Both the position numbers and the translations under genes were made by a program. Positions 35,432 to 44,442 of a stretch of DNA of 64,000 nucleotides are shown here, piece by piece; the first letter of the stretch is position 1; every line of letters starts with the position of its first letter. This DNA comes from Corallococcus sp. NCRR (GTDB lineage Bacteria; Myxococcota; Myxococcia; Myxococcales; Myxococcaceae). The stretch is from NCBI RefSeq assembly GCF_026965535.1, contig NZ_CP114039.1:8035461-8099460 (forward strand). The letters run 5' to 3'. The notes beneath the pieces were generated by a model that was not told the DNA's origin, ran no database searches, and saw nothing but the letters and a program-made list of their open reading frames with translations.

Positions 35432-36189
35432 CCACGCGAAAAAGACTCACAGTCATCACCTATGCACCTGCGCTCTCGGGCAAGGACCGCCGCGCTCTGA
35501 GCGTTGTGCATGGAATGGAGAAAGCGTTCCCCGGCTTACGCCTGGAATGGGAGGTTGGCGAAGGTGGACACCCCATCGCATTGTCGCAGCGTGACACCTG
35601 GCTCGTGGAAAAAATTGAAGACGGTGGCTTTCCGGTCGTGTGTAACGGCGACGAGAGTTACCCCGTGACCGTCTGGGGAATGGAGAGTTCAAGACGCTCC
35701 AGCGCTGGCGGCCAAGCCCAATTCGAAGTGCACGCAAAGCTGCCACTGGACGGGCCTGTGATCGCCGCAGCGGCGGCTCTGCTTGAGGCCGTGGCGGAAG
35801 GGGCGCGTTCGTTCTGGGGCCACGCGTCGCCGTATGGATACGGCTCGGAAGTCGCCCAGCAGTTCCGCCGCTCGGCGGATGCCCCCGAGTTTTCGCCCCG
35901 TGGGCTTCCCATGCTCAACCTTCCCGAAAAGTGCCCCAGGCCGGAGACGCCCTCTTTCCTCGGGTGGCTGAACTACTGGTCCGCTGCCGCAGCGGAGGTC
36001 ATCGGGTTCCCAGACCCTGCTCGTGATGCCGAGCTGCTCTCGCGGGCGCGTCGCACGCCGTCAGGCGGCTGGCTCGTGCAGCTCACGGAGACACCGCTCG
36101 ACTACGACAATCCCGTGCACTTGAACGCGCTCAAGCAGGCCTACGAACGTTTTCCAGCCATTGGCGCACGCTCAGCGCCTTTGCCCTGA
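35428..36189 (+). CDS. Putative cognate immunity protein
   Basis: The ATG overlaps the toxin stop (ATGA). 253 aa cytoplasmic-looking protein with no signal peptide and no recognised family. The call rests on gene context only. Confidence 0.4.
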   Translation: MTTRKRLTVITYAPALSGKDRRALSVVHGMEKAFPGLRLEWEVGEGGHPIALSQRDTWLVEKIEDGGFPVVCNGDESYPVTVWGMESSRRSSAGGQAQFEVHAKLPLDGPVIAAAAALLEAVAEGARSFWGHASPYGYGSEVAQQFRRSADAPEFSPRGLPMLNLPEKCPRPETPSFLGWLNYWSAAAAEVIGFPDPARDAELLSRARRTPSGGWLVQLTETPLDYDNPVHLNALKQAYERFPAIGARSAPLP

Positions 36190-36249
36190 AACAGGACAGC
36201 CGCCCGGCACCTCTCCGGCGCGGGCGGCTGCTCCATCCAATTCTCGAAC

Positions 36250-36939
36250 TCAGCCCCGGGCGGAGCGGGCGTCACGGCCCCGGGCGCGGGCGGCCTTGGA
36301 GAGCACGTCGCTCCCCTTCTCCTCACCCTTCATCCACGCCTTCAGCGCGGGCACCACCTGCTTGCTCCAGGCGCGTCCGGCGCGCACGGCCAGGAAGTCC
36401 TGCACCAGCGCGTCCACGATGGCGGAGAGCTGCTCGGTCAGCTCCAGCCGCTCGGAGAGCTGATCATCTTCTTCCTCCGTCATGAGCGCGGGCAGCTTGG
36501 CGGCGCGGATGTCCAGGAACTCGGAATCCAGCGTGACTTCGTACTCGCGCTCACCATGCGAGATGCGCAGCCGCGCCTGGGACACCAGCAGCCCCCGGTC
36601 CAGCGAGTGGCGCACGTTCTCCGAGTACGGCGCCAGCGTGCCCTTGGCGCTCATCTCCGTGACGTCGCCGGCCACGCCGCGCAGCACCACCTTGCCCAGG
36701 TAGAGCACCACCACGCCCGCGCCGTCGTGCTCCACCAGCGAGTCGCCCGACTCCGAGCGCCACAACAGCCAGGTCATGAACTCGCGGCCCAGGTAGGCCC
36801 GGCCGCGCAGCAGCTGTTCGCGCGCCTTGCCCTTTTCGACTTCGGCTTCGTCCTTCTCCTCTTCCGTGGCGACGCCGTCCACGCCGACATCGCCCCGGGC
36901 GAACGCCGCCTCTTCCCTCGCCTGCTCACGCCTCGCCAT
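36250..36939 (-). CDS. RdgC-like protein, C-terminal half (separate frame, 14-nt overlap with N-terminal half)
   Basis: REFMTWLLWRSESG matches RdgC LTEWVRSGSA, and the C-terminal DDQLSERLELTEQLSAIVDALVQDF matches [25 protein letters not shown]. The internal ATG at 36939 follows an acidic N-terminal extension. Confidence 0.4.
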   Translation of the reverse strand: MARREQAREEAAFARGDVGVDGVATEEEKDEAEVEKGKAREQLLRGRAYLGREFMTWLLWRSESGDSLVEHDGAGVVVLYLGKVVLRGVAGDVTEMSAKGTLAPYSENVRHSLDRGLLVSQARLRISHGEREYEVTLDSEFLDIRAAKLPALMTEEEDDQLSERLELTEQLSAIVDALVQDFLAVRAGRAWSKQVVPALKAWMKGEEKGSDVLSKAARARGRDARSARG

Positions 36940-37576
36940 GGGCGTCCTCCACCGAAGCCGTCGCCGGCAGGTCCATGCCAATGAGCTCCGCCGTGGGGCC
37001 CAGGGCCTTCTCGTCGATGCCCGCGCGCTGCGCCATGGACGCGGGCGTGATGCCAATCACCTTCACCGCGAGGGCGCCTTCCAGCGCCACGCAGATTTCA
37101 TCCACCGTCTTGCGCGACGCGGCCCAGACCTGCACCGTGTGCGTCTTCAGGTTCCACGTCACGTCCAGCGTGCTGGTGCGCGGCACCGCGCGCTGACGCA
37201 AGAGCTGCTTGAGCTCCGCGCGCTGCTTGTTCTTCTCCGCGCGCGCGGGCGGCCGGCCGTTCTCCTTGGCGAAGGCGGCGGACCACTTGTCCAGCTCCGA
37301 CTTCATCATCGACGCGGGCACCTTCAGCGTGTCGATGCGGAAGGCGAACAGGGCGTACTCCCCATAGAAGAGGTTGCCGGTGGCGAACTCGGACGACTCC
37401 GGGTTCTCCAGCTCGACAAACCCCGCGGCGCGCTCTTCTTCAGAGCGGCGGTCGATGGGCTCGAACGCATGGGACTTGAGTCCCTTGGTCATCCAGCGCT
37501 TCACGTCGGACGGCGCATCCTTGGCCGGCTCGGTCCGGAAGCGCGAAAAGGTCACGGCACCACGTAGGACAGGCAT
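36926..37576 (-). CDS. RdgC-like recombination-associated protein, N-terminal half
   Basis: Start MPVLRGAVTFSRFRTEP resembles the E. coli RdgC start MLWFKNLMVYRLSREI. Further collinear matches are LKVPASMMKSELDKWSAAFAK to [21 protein letters not shown] and TLDVTWNLKTHTVQVWAASRKTVDE to [23 protein letters not shown]. Homology recalled from memory. Confidence 0.45.
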   Translation of the reverse strand: MPVLRGAVTFSRFRTEPAKDAPSDVKRWMTKGLKSHAFEPIDRRSEEERAAGFVELENPESSEFATGNLFYGEYALFAFRIDTLKVPASMMKSELDKWSAAFAKENGRPPARAEKNKQRAELKQLLRQRAVPRTSTLDVTWNLKTHTVQVWAASRKTVDEICVALEGALAVKVIGITPASMAQRAGIDEKALGPTAELIGMDLPATASVEDAHGEA

Positions 37577-37727
37577 GGGGCGCGGCAGGATGGGGGTCCT
37601 GTGACGCCGCGTCAAGGCACTCGGTGTGGCTGGACGTGAAGCGCCGGGAATAGCCCGCGCCGGAATTCGTTTGCCCGGCCTCCGTCCAACCGTGCACTTC
37701 TTCCGCCCCACCCGCCGGCGGGAATCC

Positions 37728-39254
37728 ATGACACTCCCAGGCACGCGACATACGGTGGCCGCCGCCATGCGCCGCGCTCTCCTCCCCGCCAGCGTCGTAG
37801 CCCTCTTCCTGTCCGCCTGCACCCACACGGCCGCCACGCCAGACGGCGCCCCACGCGACACCCTGCCCGGGGTGACGCACGCCCTGCTGGAGACTCTGGA
37901 AGCGGACGGCGCGCTCGCGGGCGCGTACGTGGTGGACGCGCGCACCGGCGAGCCCCTCTTCACCCACCGCGAGAACGTACGGCTGTTGCCCGCGTCCACC
38001 ATGAAGGTGGTGTCCACGTCCGCCGCGCTGTCCGCGCTGGGGGCGGACTTCCGCTTCACGACGCCGGTGTTCCTGGAGGGCTCGCAGGCGGGAGGCCTGT
38101 TCCTGGGCGACGTGGTGGCGCAGGCGTCCGGAGACCCGTCGCTGGGCTCGTGGCGCTTCCCGGAGACGGCGCTCGCGTGCGACCGCATCGCGGAGGCCTT
38201 CCAGGCGCGAGGCATCCACCAGTGGCGCGGCAACGTGCGCATCTCCGGCACGGACGGCCTGGACGGCGGCATGGGCCCGGGCTGGGCCTGGGATGACGCG
38301 GCCTATGCCTACAGCGCGGCGCCCACGCCCTTCGTCTTCCGCGAGAACGTGGTGGACCTGGCGCTGGCGCGCGCCCCCGGCGCCACCTGCGCGGACGCGC
38401 CCTCCGTCCAGTGGACCCCCACCTTCGCCACGCTGTCCGCGGTGGTGAACGTGGACGTCAACGCCGAGCGCGCGAACCTGGCCTGCGTGCGAGGCGGTGG
38501 CGGCGTGCGCTGCACGTGGCGCTCGCCCACGGGCGGGCCCTGCCCCCAGGCCGCCGCGGTGAAGCTGTCCGTGGACGCGCCGGAGGCCCTCTTCGCCGCG
38601 TGCGTGGACGACGCGCTGGCGCGGCATGGCATCACGCGGCTGCCGCTGTCCCTGGAGGCCCCCACCCCGCCCATGCCCCCCATGCCGTCACCGCTGGTGG
38701 AGTTGATCAGCCCGCCCCTGTCGGAGCTGGTGCGCGTGACGAACAAGGAGAGCCTCAACCTGTACGCGGAGCGGCTGGGCATGCGCTTCGCCCGCGAGCG
38801 CACCGGCCAGGAGGGCTACACCGCCCTGCGCACGGCCCTGGTGGCGGAGCTGGCGCGCCGGGGCGTGCCCACCAAGGACCTGCGTCCCGTGGATGGCAGC
38901 GGCCTGTCCCGCTACAACCTGGCGTCTCCCCGGGGCATGGCGCGCGTGCTGCTCACCAGCCTCCAGGAGCCGTATGGCGCCGCGCTGGTGGACAGCCTGC
39001 CGGTGCTGGGCGTGGACGGGACGTTGGCGGGCCGCAAGACGAAGCCGTCCACCGCGGGCCGCATCCGCGCGAAGACAGGGACGCTCACAGGCCAGAAGTG
39101 CTTCGTGGGCGTGGCGGAGCGGCCCAACGACAAGGAGCACCCGCGCGTCGTCTTCGCGCTGATGCTCGGCAACATGGACGAGGGCACGAAGCCCAACGCC
39201 AACGAGACCTTCGACACCTTCTCCACCGCCCTGGTGGAGCTGCCCCTGCGATGA
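37728..39254 (+). CDS. dacB: D-alanyl-D-alanine carboxypeptidase/endopeptidase (PBP4, peptidase S13)
   Basis: Lipoprotein-type signal (LFLSACTHT), STMK active-site motif and S13 family architecture. Confidence 0.8.
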   Translation: MTLPGTRHTVAAAMRRALLPASVVALFLSACTHTAATPDGAPRDTLPGVTHALLETLEADGALAGAYVVDARTGEPLFTHRENVRLLPASTMKVVSTSAALSALGADFRFTTPVFLEGSQAGGLFLGDVVAQASGDPSLGSWRFPETALACDRIAEAFQARGIHQWRGNVRISGTDGLDGGMGPGWAWDDAAYAYSAAPTPFVFRENVVDLALARAPGATCADAPSVQWTPTFATLSAVVNVDVNAERANLACVRGGGGVRCTWRSPTGGPCPQAAAVKLSVDAPEALFAACVDDALARHGITRLPLSLEAPTPPMPPMPSPLVELISPPLSELVRVTNKESLNLYAERLGMRFARERTGQEGYTALRTALVAELARRGVPTKDLRPVDGSGLSRYNLASPRGMARVLLTSLQEPYGAALVDSLPVLGVDGTLAGRKTKPSTAGRIRAKTGTLTGQKCFVGVAERPNDKEHPRVVFALMLGNMDEGTKPNANETFDTFSTALVELPLR

Positions 39255-39291
39255 GCGTCCCGCAGGGGAACACCCGCATGCGAGGTGAAAC

Positions 39292-41472
39292 ATGAAGTCC
39301 AGAATCGCAGTCACGGCCGCCGCGCTGCTGTTGCCGCTCGTGTCCGGAGCCGCGGGGAAGGCTCCCGCGAAGCCCGCCGCCGCGGAGAAGAAGCCCGTGG
39401 AGACGGCCTACCACGGCACCACCGTGGCGGACCCGTACCAGTGGATGGAGTCCGCGACGGATCCGAAGGTGCAGCAGTGGACCGACGCGCAGAACGCCTT
39501 CACGCGCGCGTACCTGGACAAGCTCCCGGGCCGCGAGCCCCTGCGCCAGCGCATCTCGGAGCTCCTGTCCTGGAAGTCGCCCTCCTACGGCGGCCTGGAC
39601 GAGCGGGGCGGCACGCTGCTGGGGCTGAAGTTCCAGCCGCCCAAGCAGCAGCCCACGCTCATCGTGGTGGGCTCGCTGGACGACACGTCGAAGGAGCGCG
39701 TGCTGGTGGACCCCACGGTCGTGGACACGTCCGGCAAGACGACCATCGACTGGTTCCAGCTGTCGCACGACGGCAAGAAGGTCGCCGTGTCCATGTCCAA
39801 GGGCGGCACGGAGAGCGGTGACGTGAGCGTCTGGGACGTGGCCTCCGCCAAGGCGATGCCCAACGAGCTGGTCCCGCGCGTCAACGGCGGCACGGCGGGC
39901 GGCAGCCTCGCGTGGAACGCGCAGGGCACGGGCTTCTTCTACACGCGCTATCCGCGCGGCGAGGAGCGCCCGCCCGTGGACCGCGAGGTGTACCAGCAGG
40001 TGTACTTCCACACGCTGGGCACGCCCACGGAGAAGGACACGTACGCGCTGGGCAAGGACTTCCCGCGCATCGCGATGACGGACCTGGAGTCCAGCGACGA
40101 CGGCCAGTACACCTTCGCGCGCGTGGCCAACGGCGACGGCGGCGAGTTCGACCTGTACCTGCACGGCCCCAAGGGCACCTGGACGCAGGTGGCGAAGTAC
40201 GCGGACAAGGTGGTGTCGGCGCGCTTCGGCAGCGACGGCGCGGCGTACCTGCTCAGCCGCAAGGACGCGTCGCGCGGCAAGGTGCTGCGCCTGCCGCTGG
40301 CCACGCCCACGCTGGACAAGGCGACCGTGGTCGTCCCCGAGGGCAAGGCGACGGTGCAGGCCGTGGTGCCCACGAAGAGCCGCCTGTACCTGCTGGAGCA
40401 GTTGGGCGGCCCCTCGCAGCTGCGCATGGTGGACCTGACGGGCAAGGAGCTGGGGCTGGTGCCCACGCTGCCGGTGTCGGCGGTGGGCGGCCTGGTCCGC
40501 CAGGGCGCGGACGACCTGCTGGTCGTCAACGGGAGCTTCACCCAGCCGGCCGCGTGGTTCCGCTACTCGGCGGCGGACAACAAGCTCACGAAGACGGCGC
40601 TGGCGCGCACGGCGCCCATCGACATGAGCGACGTGGAGGTGGTGCGCACGGAGGCCACGTCCAAGGACGGCACCAAGGTGCCGCTCACCATCCTGAAGAA
40701 GAAGGGCACGAAGCTGAACGGGAACAACCCCACGTGGCTCACCGGCTACGGCGGCTTCAACGTGTCCATCAACCCGGGCTACAGCCCGCTGACGGGCATG
40801 TGGCTGGAGCAGGGCGGCGTGTTCGCGGTGGCGAACCTGCGCGGCGGCTCGGAGTTCGGCGAGGAGTGGCACAAGGGCGGCTCGCTCACGAACAAGCAGA
40901 ACGTGTTTGACGACTTCTACGCGTGCGCGAAGCTGCTCACGGACCAGAAGTACACGCAGCCCAAGAAGCTGGCCATCCAGGGCGGCAGCAACGGCGGCCT
41001 GCTGATGGGCGCGGCCCTGACGCAGCACCCGGAGCAGTACGGCGCGGTGGTGGCGCGCGTGGGCATCTACGACATGCTGCGCACGGAGCTGACGCCCAAC
41101 GGCCAGTTCAACGTCACGGAGTACGGCTCGGTGAAGGACCCGGAGCAGTTCAAGGCGCTGTATGGCTATTCGCCGGTGCACCGCGTGAAGGACGGGACGA
41201 AGTACCCGCCGGTGCTCTTCACCTCCGGCGCCAATGACCCGCGCGTGGATCCGTTCCACTCGCGCAAGATGGTGGCCCGGATGCAGGCGGCCACGGCGTC
41301 CCCCAAGCCCATCCTGCTGCGCGCCAACGCGGAGACGGGCCACGGCATGGGCACGCCGCTGTCCGCGCGCATCGAGGAGGAGGTGGACGTCTACTCCTTC
41401 GTCTTCAACGAGCTGGGCATGACGTACAAGCCCAACGCGACGAAGAAGGTCTCCGCGCCCGCGCCGCAGTAG
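39292..41472 (+). CDS. Prolyl oligopeptidase (S9A family), secreted
   Basis: Signal peptide, N-terminal beta-propeller, and a C-terminal alpha/beta-hydrolase domain with GGSNGGLL nucleophile motif. Confidence 0.85.
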   Translation: MKSRIAVTAAALLLPLVSGAAGKAPAKPAAAEKKPVETAYHGTTVADPYQWMESATDPKVQQWTDAQNAFTRAYLDKLPGREPLRQRISELLSWKSPSYGGLDERGGTLLGLKFQPPKQQPTLIVVGSLDDTSKERVLVDPTVVDTSGKTTIDWFQLSHDGKKVAVSMSKGGTESGDVSVWDVASAKAMPNELVPRVNGGTAGGSLAWNAQGTGFFYTRYPRGEERPPVDREVYQQVYFHTLGTPTEKDTYALGKDFPRIAMTDLESSDDGQYTFARVANGDGGEFDLYLHGPKGTWTQVAKYADKVVSARFGSDGAAYLLSRKDASRGKVLRLPLATPTLDKATVVVPEGKATVQAVVPTKSRLYLLEQLGGPSQLRMVDLTGKELGLVPTLPVSAVGGLVRQGADDLLVVNGSFTQPAAWFRYSAADNKLTKTALARTAPIDMSDVEVVRTEATSKDGTKVPLTILKKKGTKLNGNNPTWLTGYGGFNVSINPGYSPLTGMWLEQGGVFAVANLRGGSEFGEEWHKGGSLTNKQNVFDDFYACAKLLTDQKYTQPKKLAIQGGSNGGLLMGAALTQHPEQYGAVVARVGIYDMLRTELTPNGQFNVTEYGSVKDPEQFKALYGYSPVHRVKDGTKYPPVLFTSGANDPRVDPFHSRKMVARMQAATASPKPILLRANAETGHGMGTPLSARIEEEVDVYSFVFNELGMTYKPNATKKVSAPAPQ

Positions 41473-41488
41473 CCGTGCTTCTCCCCAC

Positions 41489-41540
41489 GCCCGTCTCCCG
41501 AGCCCCCCAGGCTTGGAGACGGGCGTTTCTTCTTCTGGGT
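41489..41540 (+). terminator. Intrinsic terminator after the prolyl oligopeptidase gene
   Basis: Stem GCCCGTCTCC / GGAGACGGGC with a 16-nt loop, followed by the T-rich tract GTTTCTTCTTCTGGGTTTCG. Confidence 0.5.
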
Positions 41541-41561
41541 TTCGTGGCAGCCTGCCGCCCC

Positions 41562-41984
41562 ATGAGCCCGCTCATCCCCTACTTCGTCCTTTCGCCCATC
41601 GTCGCGGGCGGCCTGGTCTGGTGGTCGCTCACCCGTCTTGGAAAGAAGCGGAACGCACGCGCCAAGGGTTCGCTGGACGCGGTGGTGACCCGGCTGAAGG
41701 GGCAGAAGGTGCTGGGCGCGGTGGACCTCTTCGTCCAGGACGTGTCCTGGTCCGGGGAGACGGAGCTGTCGCCACAGAACTGCCGCATCCGCGTGGTGAT
41801 GGGTGGCCAGGACGCCAGCACCATTCCCCCGCGCTTCGAGGTGGAGAGCGCGCCCGGAGCCCCCCGCCCGCCCGCGGACGTGCTCGCGGCGCTGCGCGTG
41901 CTGGATGGGCAGGCGACGGAAGCGTTGAAGGGCGGCGGCTGGAGCTGGCAGCGGCCCACGGTGAGCTTCGAGCCGGCGACGTAG
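41562..41984 (+). CDS. Hypothetical membrane protein
   Basis: Start moved to ATG 41562 (MSPLIPYF...) because the upstream part of the ORF is occupied by the terminator hairpin. One N-terminal TM helix. Confidence 0.45.
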   Translation: MSPLIPYFVLSPIVAGGLVWWSLTRLGKKRNARAKGSLDAVVTRLKGQKVLGAVDLFVQDVSWSGETELSPQNCRIRVVMGGQDASTIPPRFEVESAPGAPRPPADVLAALRVLDGQATEALKGGGWSWQRPTVSFEPAT

Positions 41985-42040
41985 TCCCGCGAACGCAAGG
42001 CCCGGGATTCGGATGACGGGTCGAGGAGCGCGGTGCCAGC

Positions 42041-43135
42041 ATGCGCCGCATGTCCTCGACCTTCCTCGACTCGCTCGACACGCCCGCGCCCCTCGTGGAC
42101 CTGGACCGCGTGGAGCGGAACCTCCAGCGCGTCGCGGCCTATGCCCGCGAGCATGGCCTGCGCTGGCGCCCCCATACGAAGACGCACAAGACGGCGGAGC
42201 TGGGCGCGATGCAGGTCGCGGCGGGAGCCTCTGGCGTCACGGTGGCCACCGTCCTGGAAGCCGAGGTCATGGCGTCCGTGTCCGACGACGTGCTGCTCGC
42301 GTATCCGCCGGTGGGTGCGCGCAAGCTGGCGCGGCTGATGGCCCTGCCCTCTCGCGTGCGGCTCACCGTGGCGCTCGACTCCCATGAAGTGCTGGAGGGG
42401 CTGGCGCGCGCGGCGCGGGATGCCGGGCGCACCGTGGGCGTGCTCGTGGAGGTGGACCTGGGCATGCGCCGCGTGGGGCTGCGCACTCCGGAGGATGTCG
42501 TGGCCCTGGCTCGCGCGGCGGCGTCCACGGCGGGCGTGGTGTTTCGCGGGCTGACCTTCTACGCGGGCCACATCCGCGTCCCCCAGGCGGAGCTGCCCGC
42601 GGTGATGCAGGCCCAGTCCGACGCGGTCGCCACGTTCGTGGATGCGCTGAAGGGCGCGGGCCTGCCGCCGGAGGTGGTCAGCGGAGGCTCCACGCCGACG
42701 CTCTGGCAATCCCATACCGCGAAGGGCCTCACGGAGATCCGCCCCGGCCTCAACGCGCTCAACGACCGCAACGCCGCCGTCATCGGTGCCTGTGATTGGA
42801 CGGAGTGCGCGTACTCGATCCTGGCCACCGTGGTGAGCGCCGCCGTGCCGGGCCAGGTGGTCATCGACGCAGGGGCCAAGGCGCTGGTGAAGGAGGAGGG
42901 GCTGGCGCCGGGCTATGGCGTCCTGCTGGACCGGCCGGACGTCGTGGTGAAGAACCTGTCGGAGGAGCACGGCCTGCTGGACGTGTCCGGCACGACGTGG
43001 CGCCCGCGCATCGGAGACCGGGTGCGCGTGGTGCCCAACCATGTCTGTGTTTCCGTCCCGCAGCATTCCCGGCTGCACGTCGTGCGGGGCGACGCGCACG
43101 TGGGCACGTGGGAGGTCTCGGCGCGCGGCTGGTGA
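42041..43135 (+). CDS. Alanine-racemase-N-domain PLP enzyme (D-serine dehydratase / D-threonine aldolase-like, DSD1 family)
   Basis: PLP-lysine motif HTKTHKTAELG and a C-terminal beta-domain. Confidence 0.75.
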   Translation: MRRMSSTFLDSLDTPAPLVDLDRVERNLQRVAAYAREHGLRWRPHTKTHKTAELGAMQVAAGASGVTVATVLEAEVMASVSDDVLLAYPPVGARKLARLMALPSRVRLTVALDSHEVLEGLARAARDAGRTVGVLVEVDLGMRRVGLRTPEDVVALARAAASTAGVVFRGLTFYAGHIRVPQAELPAVMQAQSDAVATFVDALKGAGLPPEVVSGGSTPTLWQSHTAKGLTEIRPGLNALNDRNAAVIGACDWTECAYSILATVVSAAVPGQVVIDAGAKALVKEEGLAPGYGVLLDRPDVVVKNLSEEHGLLDVSGTTWRPRIGDRVRVVPNHVCVSVPQHSRLHVVRGDAHVGTWEVSARGW

Positions 43136-43259
43136 CAGCCCGTACCGCCAGGATGTCATCCACTAGTCTGCGCGCTGCCACTTGCAGTCGGGATGCCCCT
43201 GACGGTGCAGTGTCTAGCATTTCGCCGGTCGCCGGAAGGACTTCCGGCGGGGAGGCGAC

Positions 43260-44429
43260 ATGCATAAGGCAAGGGGCTTTTCCGTCACGGCGGCCATCGC
43301 CGCGCTGTTCCTGGGAGCACCCGCGGCCTTCGCGGCGGACAGGGAGTCACTCGACGCCCGGTTCGAGCAAGCGAAGCCGGTCGAAGTCGGCGTCGACTGT
43401 GGCGACGTCATCACCCAGCACACCCGGATCACGCACGACCTCTCCTGCCCGGGGACGGACGAGCCCGCGCTCCGCATCGAGGGGGAGGGCATCGTCCTGG
43501 ACCTGGGCGGACACACCGTGCGCCGCTCGAGTCCGGTCCAGCAAGACACCCTGGGCATCGTGGTCACCGGCACCAGCATGGTTCGCAACGGCACGATTCG
43601 CGGATTCGCCAGAGGTATCCAGACCGAGGGAGTCGACTCCCTGCGGCTGCACCAGCTCACGTTCACCGGCAACGGCACGGCCATCTACAACTCCTTCTCC
43701 ACCACCTCCTTCCTCGTTACGAATTCGCGTTTCATCGGCAATGACGTCGGGCTCGGAAGCGAGATCGACGCGTCCCTCGGCACGTTCGACGTGAGGTCGA
43801 GCCACTTCGAGAACAACCGCCTTGGCATCTACCTGGACACCCATGATGCCGACGTCCTCGATTCGACCTTCATGGGGAATGAGGTCGGCGTCTACTGCTT
43901 CGCCGGCAGTGTCCGCGTCCGTTCGAGCACCTTCGCGCGGAACGAGGCCGTCGCCTCCACGACCGTGCCCATCGGGGGCCGCGACATCTGCAATGTGTTC
44001 CGTTTCGAGGACACGCTCATCGCGGACAACGCGTCGTTTGCCCCCACGGAGACGCCCATCTTGAATGTGATTCAGCTCGACATGATCAACAACTGGATCG
44101 TGGGCAATGACAATGGGCTTACAGCCGGCTCATTCCAGGTCTACATCCAGGGCAACACCTTCTGGGACAATGCGGGCGGACTGACATTGGAAGACACTCC
44201 CATTGTCAGCCTCCCACAGACAGGCATCGTCCGCGCCAACCGGTTCCTGCGGAACGACGGTGACGGCCTCCGCATCCTCCCGGCCAGCACGCCCACCGTG
44301 ATTGGCAACGTTGCCCAGGGCAACACGGGCTGGGGCATCCATGCGCCCACCGCTTTCGACGGCGGCGGCAACGTCGCGCGGGACAACGGCGCGGGCAACT
44401 GCGAGGGCATCACCTGCGCCCCCTACTGA
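43260..44429 (+). CDS. Secreted right-handed parallel beta-helix repeat protein
   Basis: Signal peptide and multiple PbH1-like repeats (…FIGNDVG…, …FMGNEVG…, …IVGNDNG…, …IGNVAQGN…). Confidence 0.7.
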   Translation: MHKARGFSVTAAIAALFLGAPAAFAADRESLDARFEQAKPVEVGVDCGDVITQHTRITHDLSCPGTDEPALRIEGEGIVLDLGGHTVRRSSPVQQDTLGIVVTGTSMVRNGTIRGFARGIQTEGVDSLRLHQLTFTGNGTAIYNSFSTTSFLVTNSRFIGNDVGLGSEIDASLGTFDVRSSHFENNRLGIYLDTHDADVLDSTFMGNEVGVYCFAGSVRVRSSTFARNEAVASTTVPIGGRDICNVFRFEDTLIADNASFAPTETPILNVIQLDMINNWIVGNDNGLTAGSFQVYIQGNTFWDNAGGLTLEDTPIVSLPQTGIVRANRFLRNDGDGLRILPASTPTVIGNVAQGNTGWGIHAPTAFDGGGNVARDNGAGNCEGITCAPY

Positions 44430-44442
44430 CCCCGCGCCCCGC

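Noticed and set aside
39085-41343. 752-aa minus-strand ORF
   Set aside because: Antisense to the prolyl oligopeptidase gene (clear S9 motifs).
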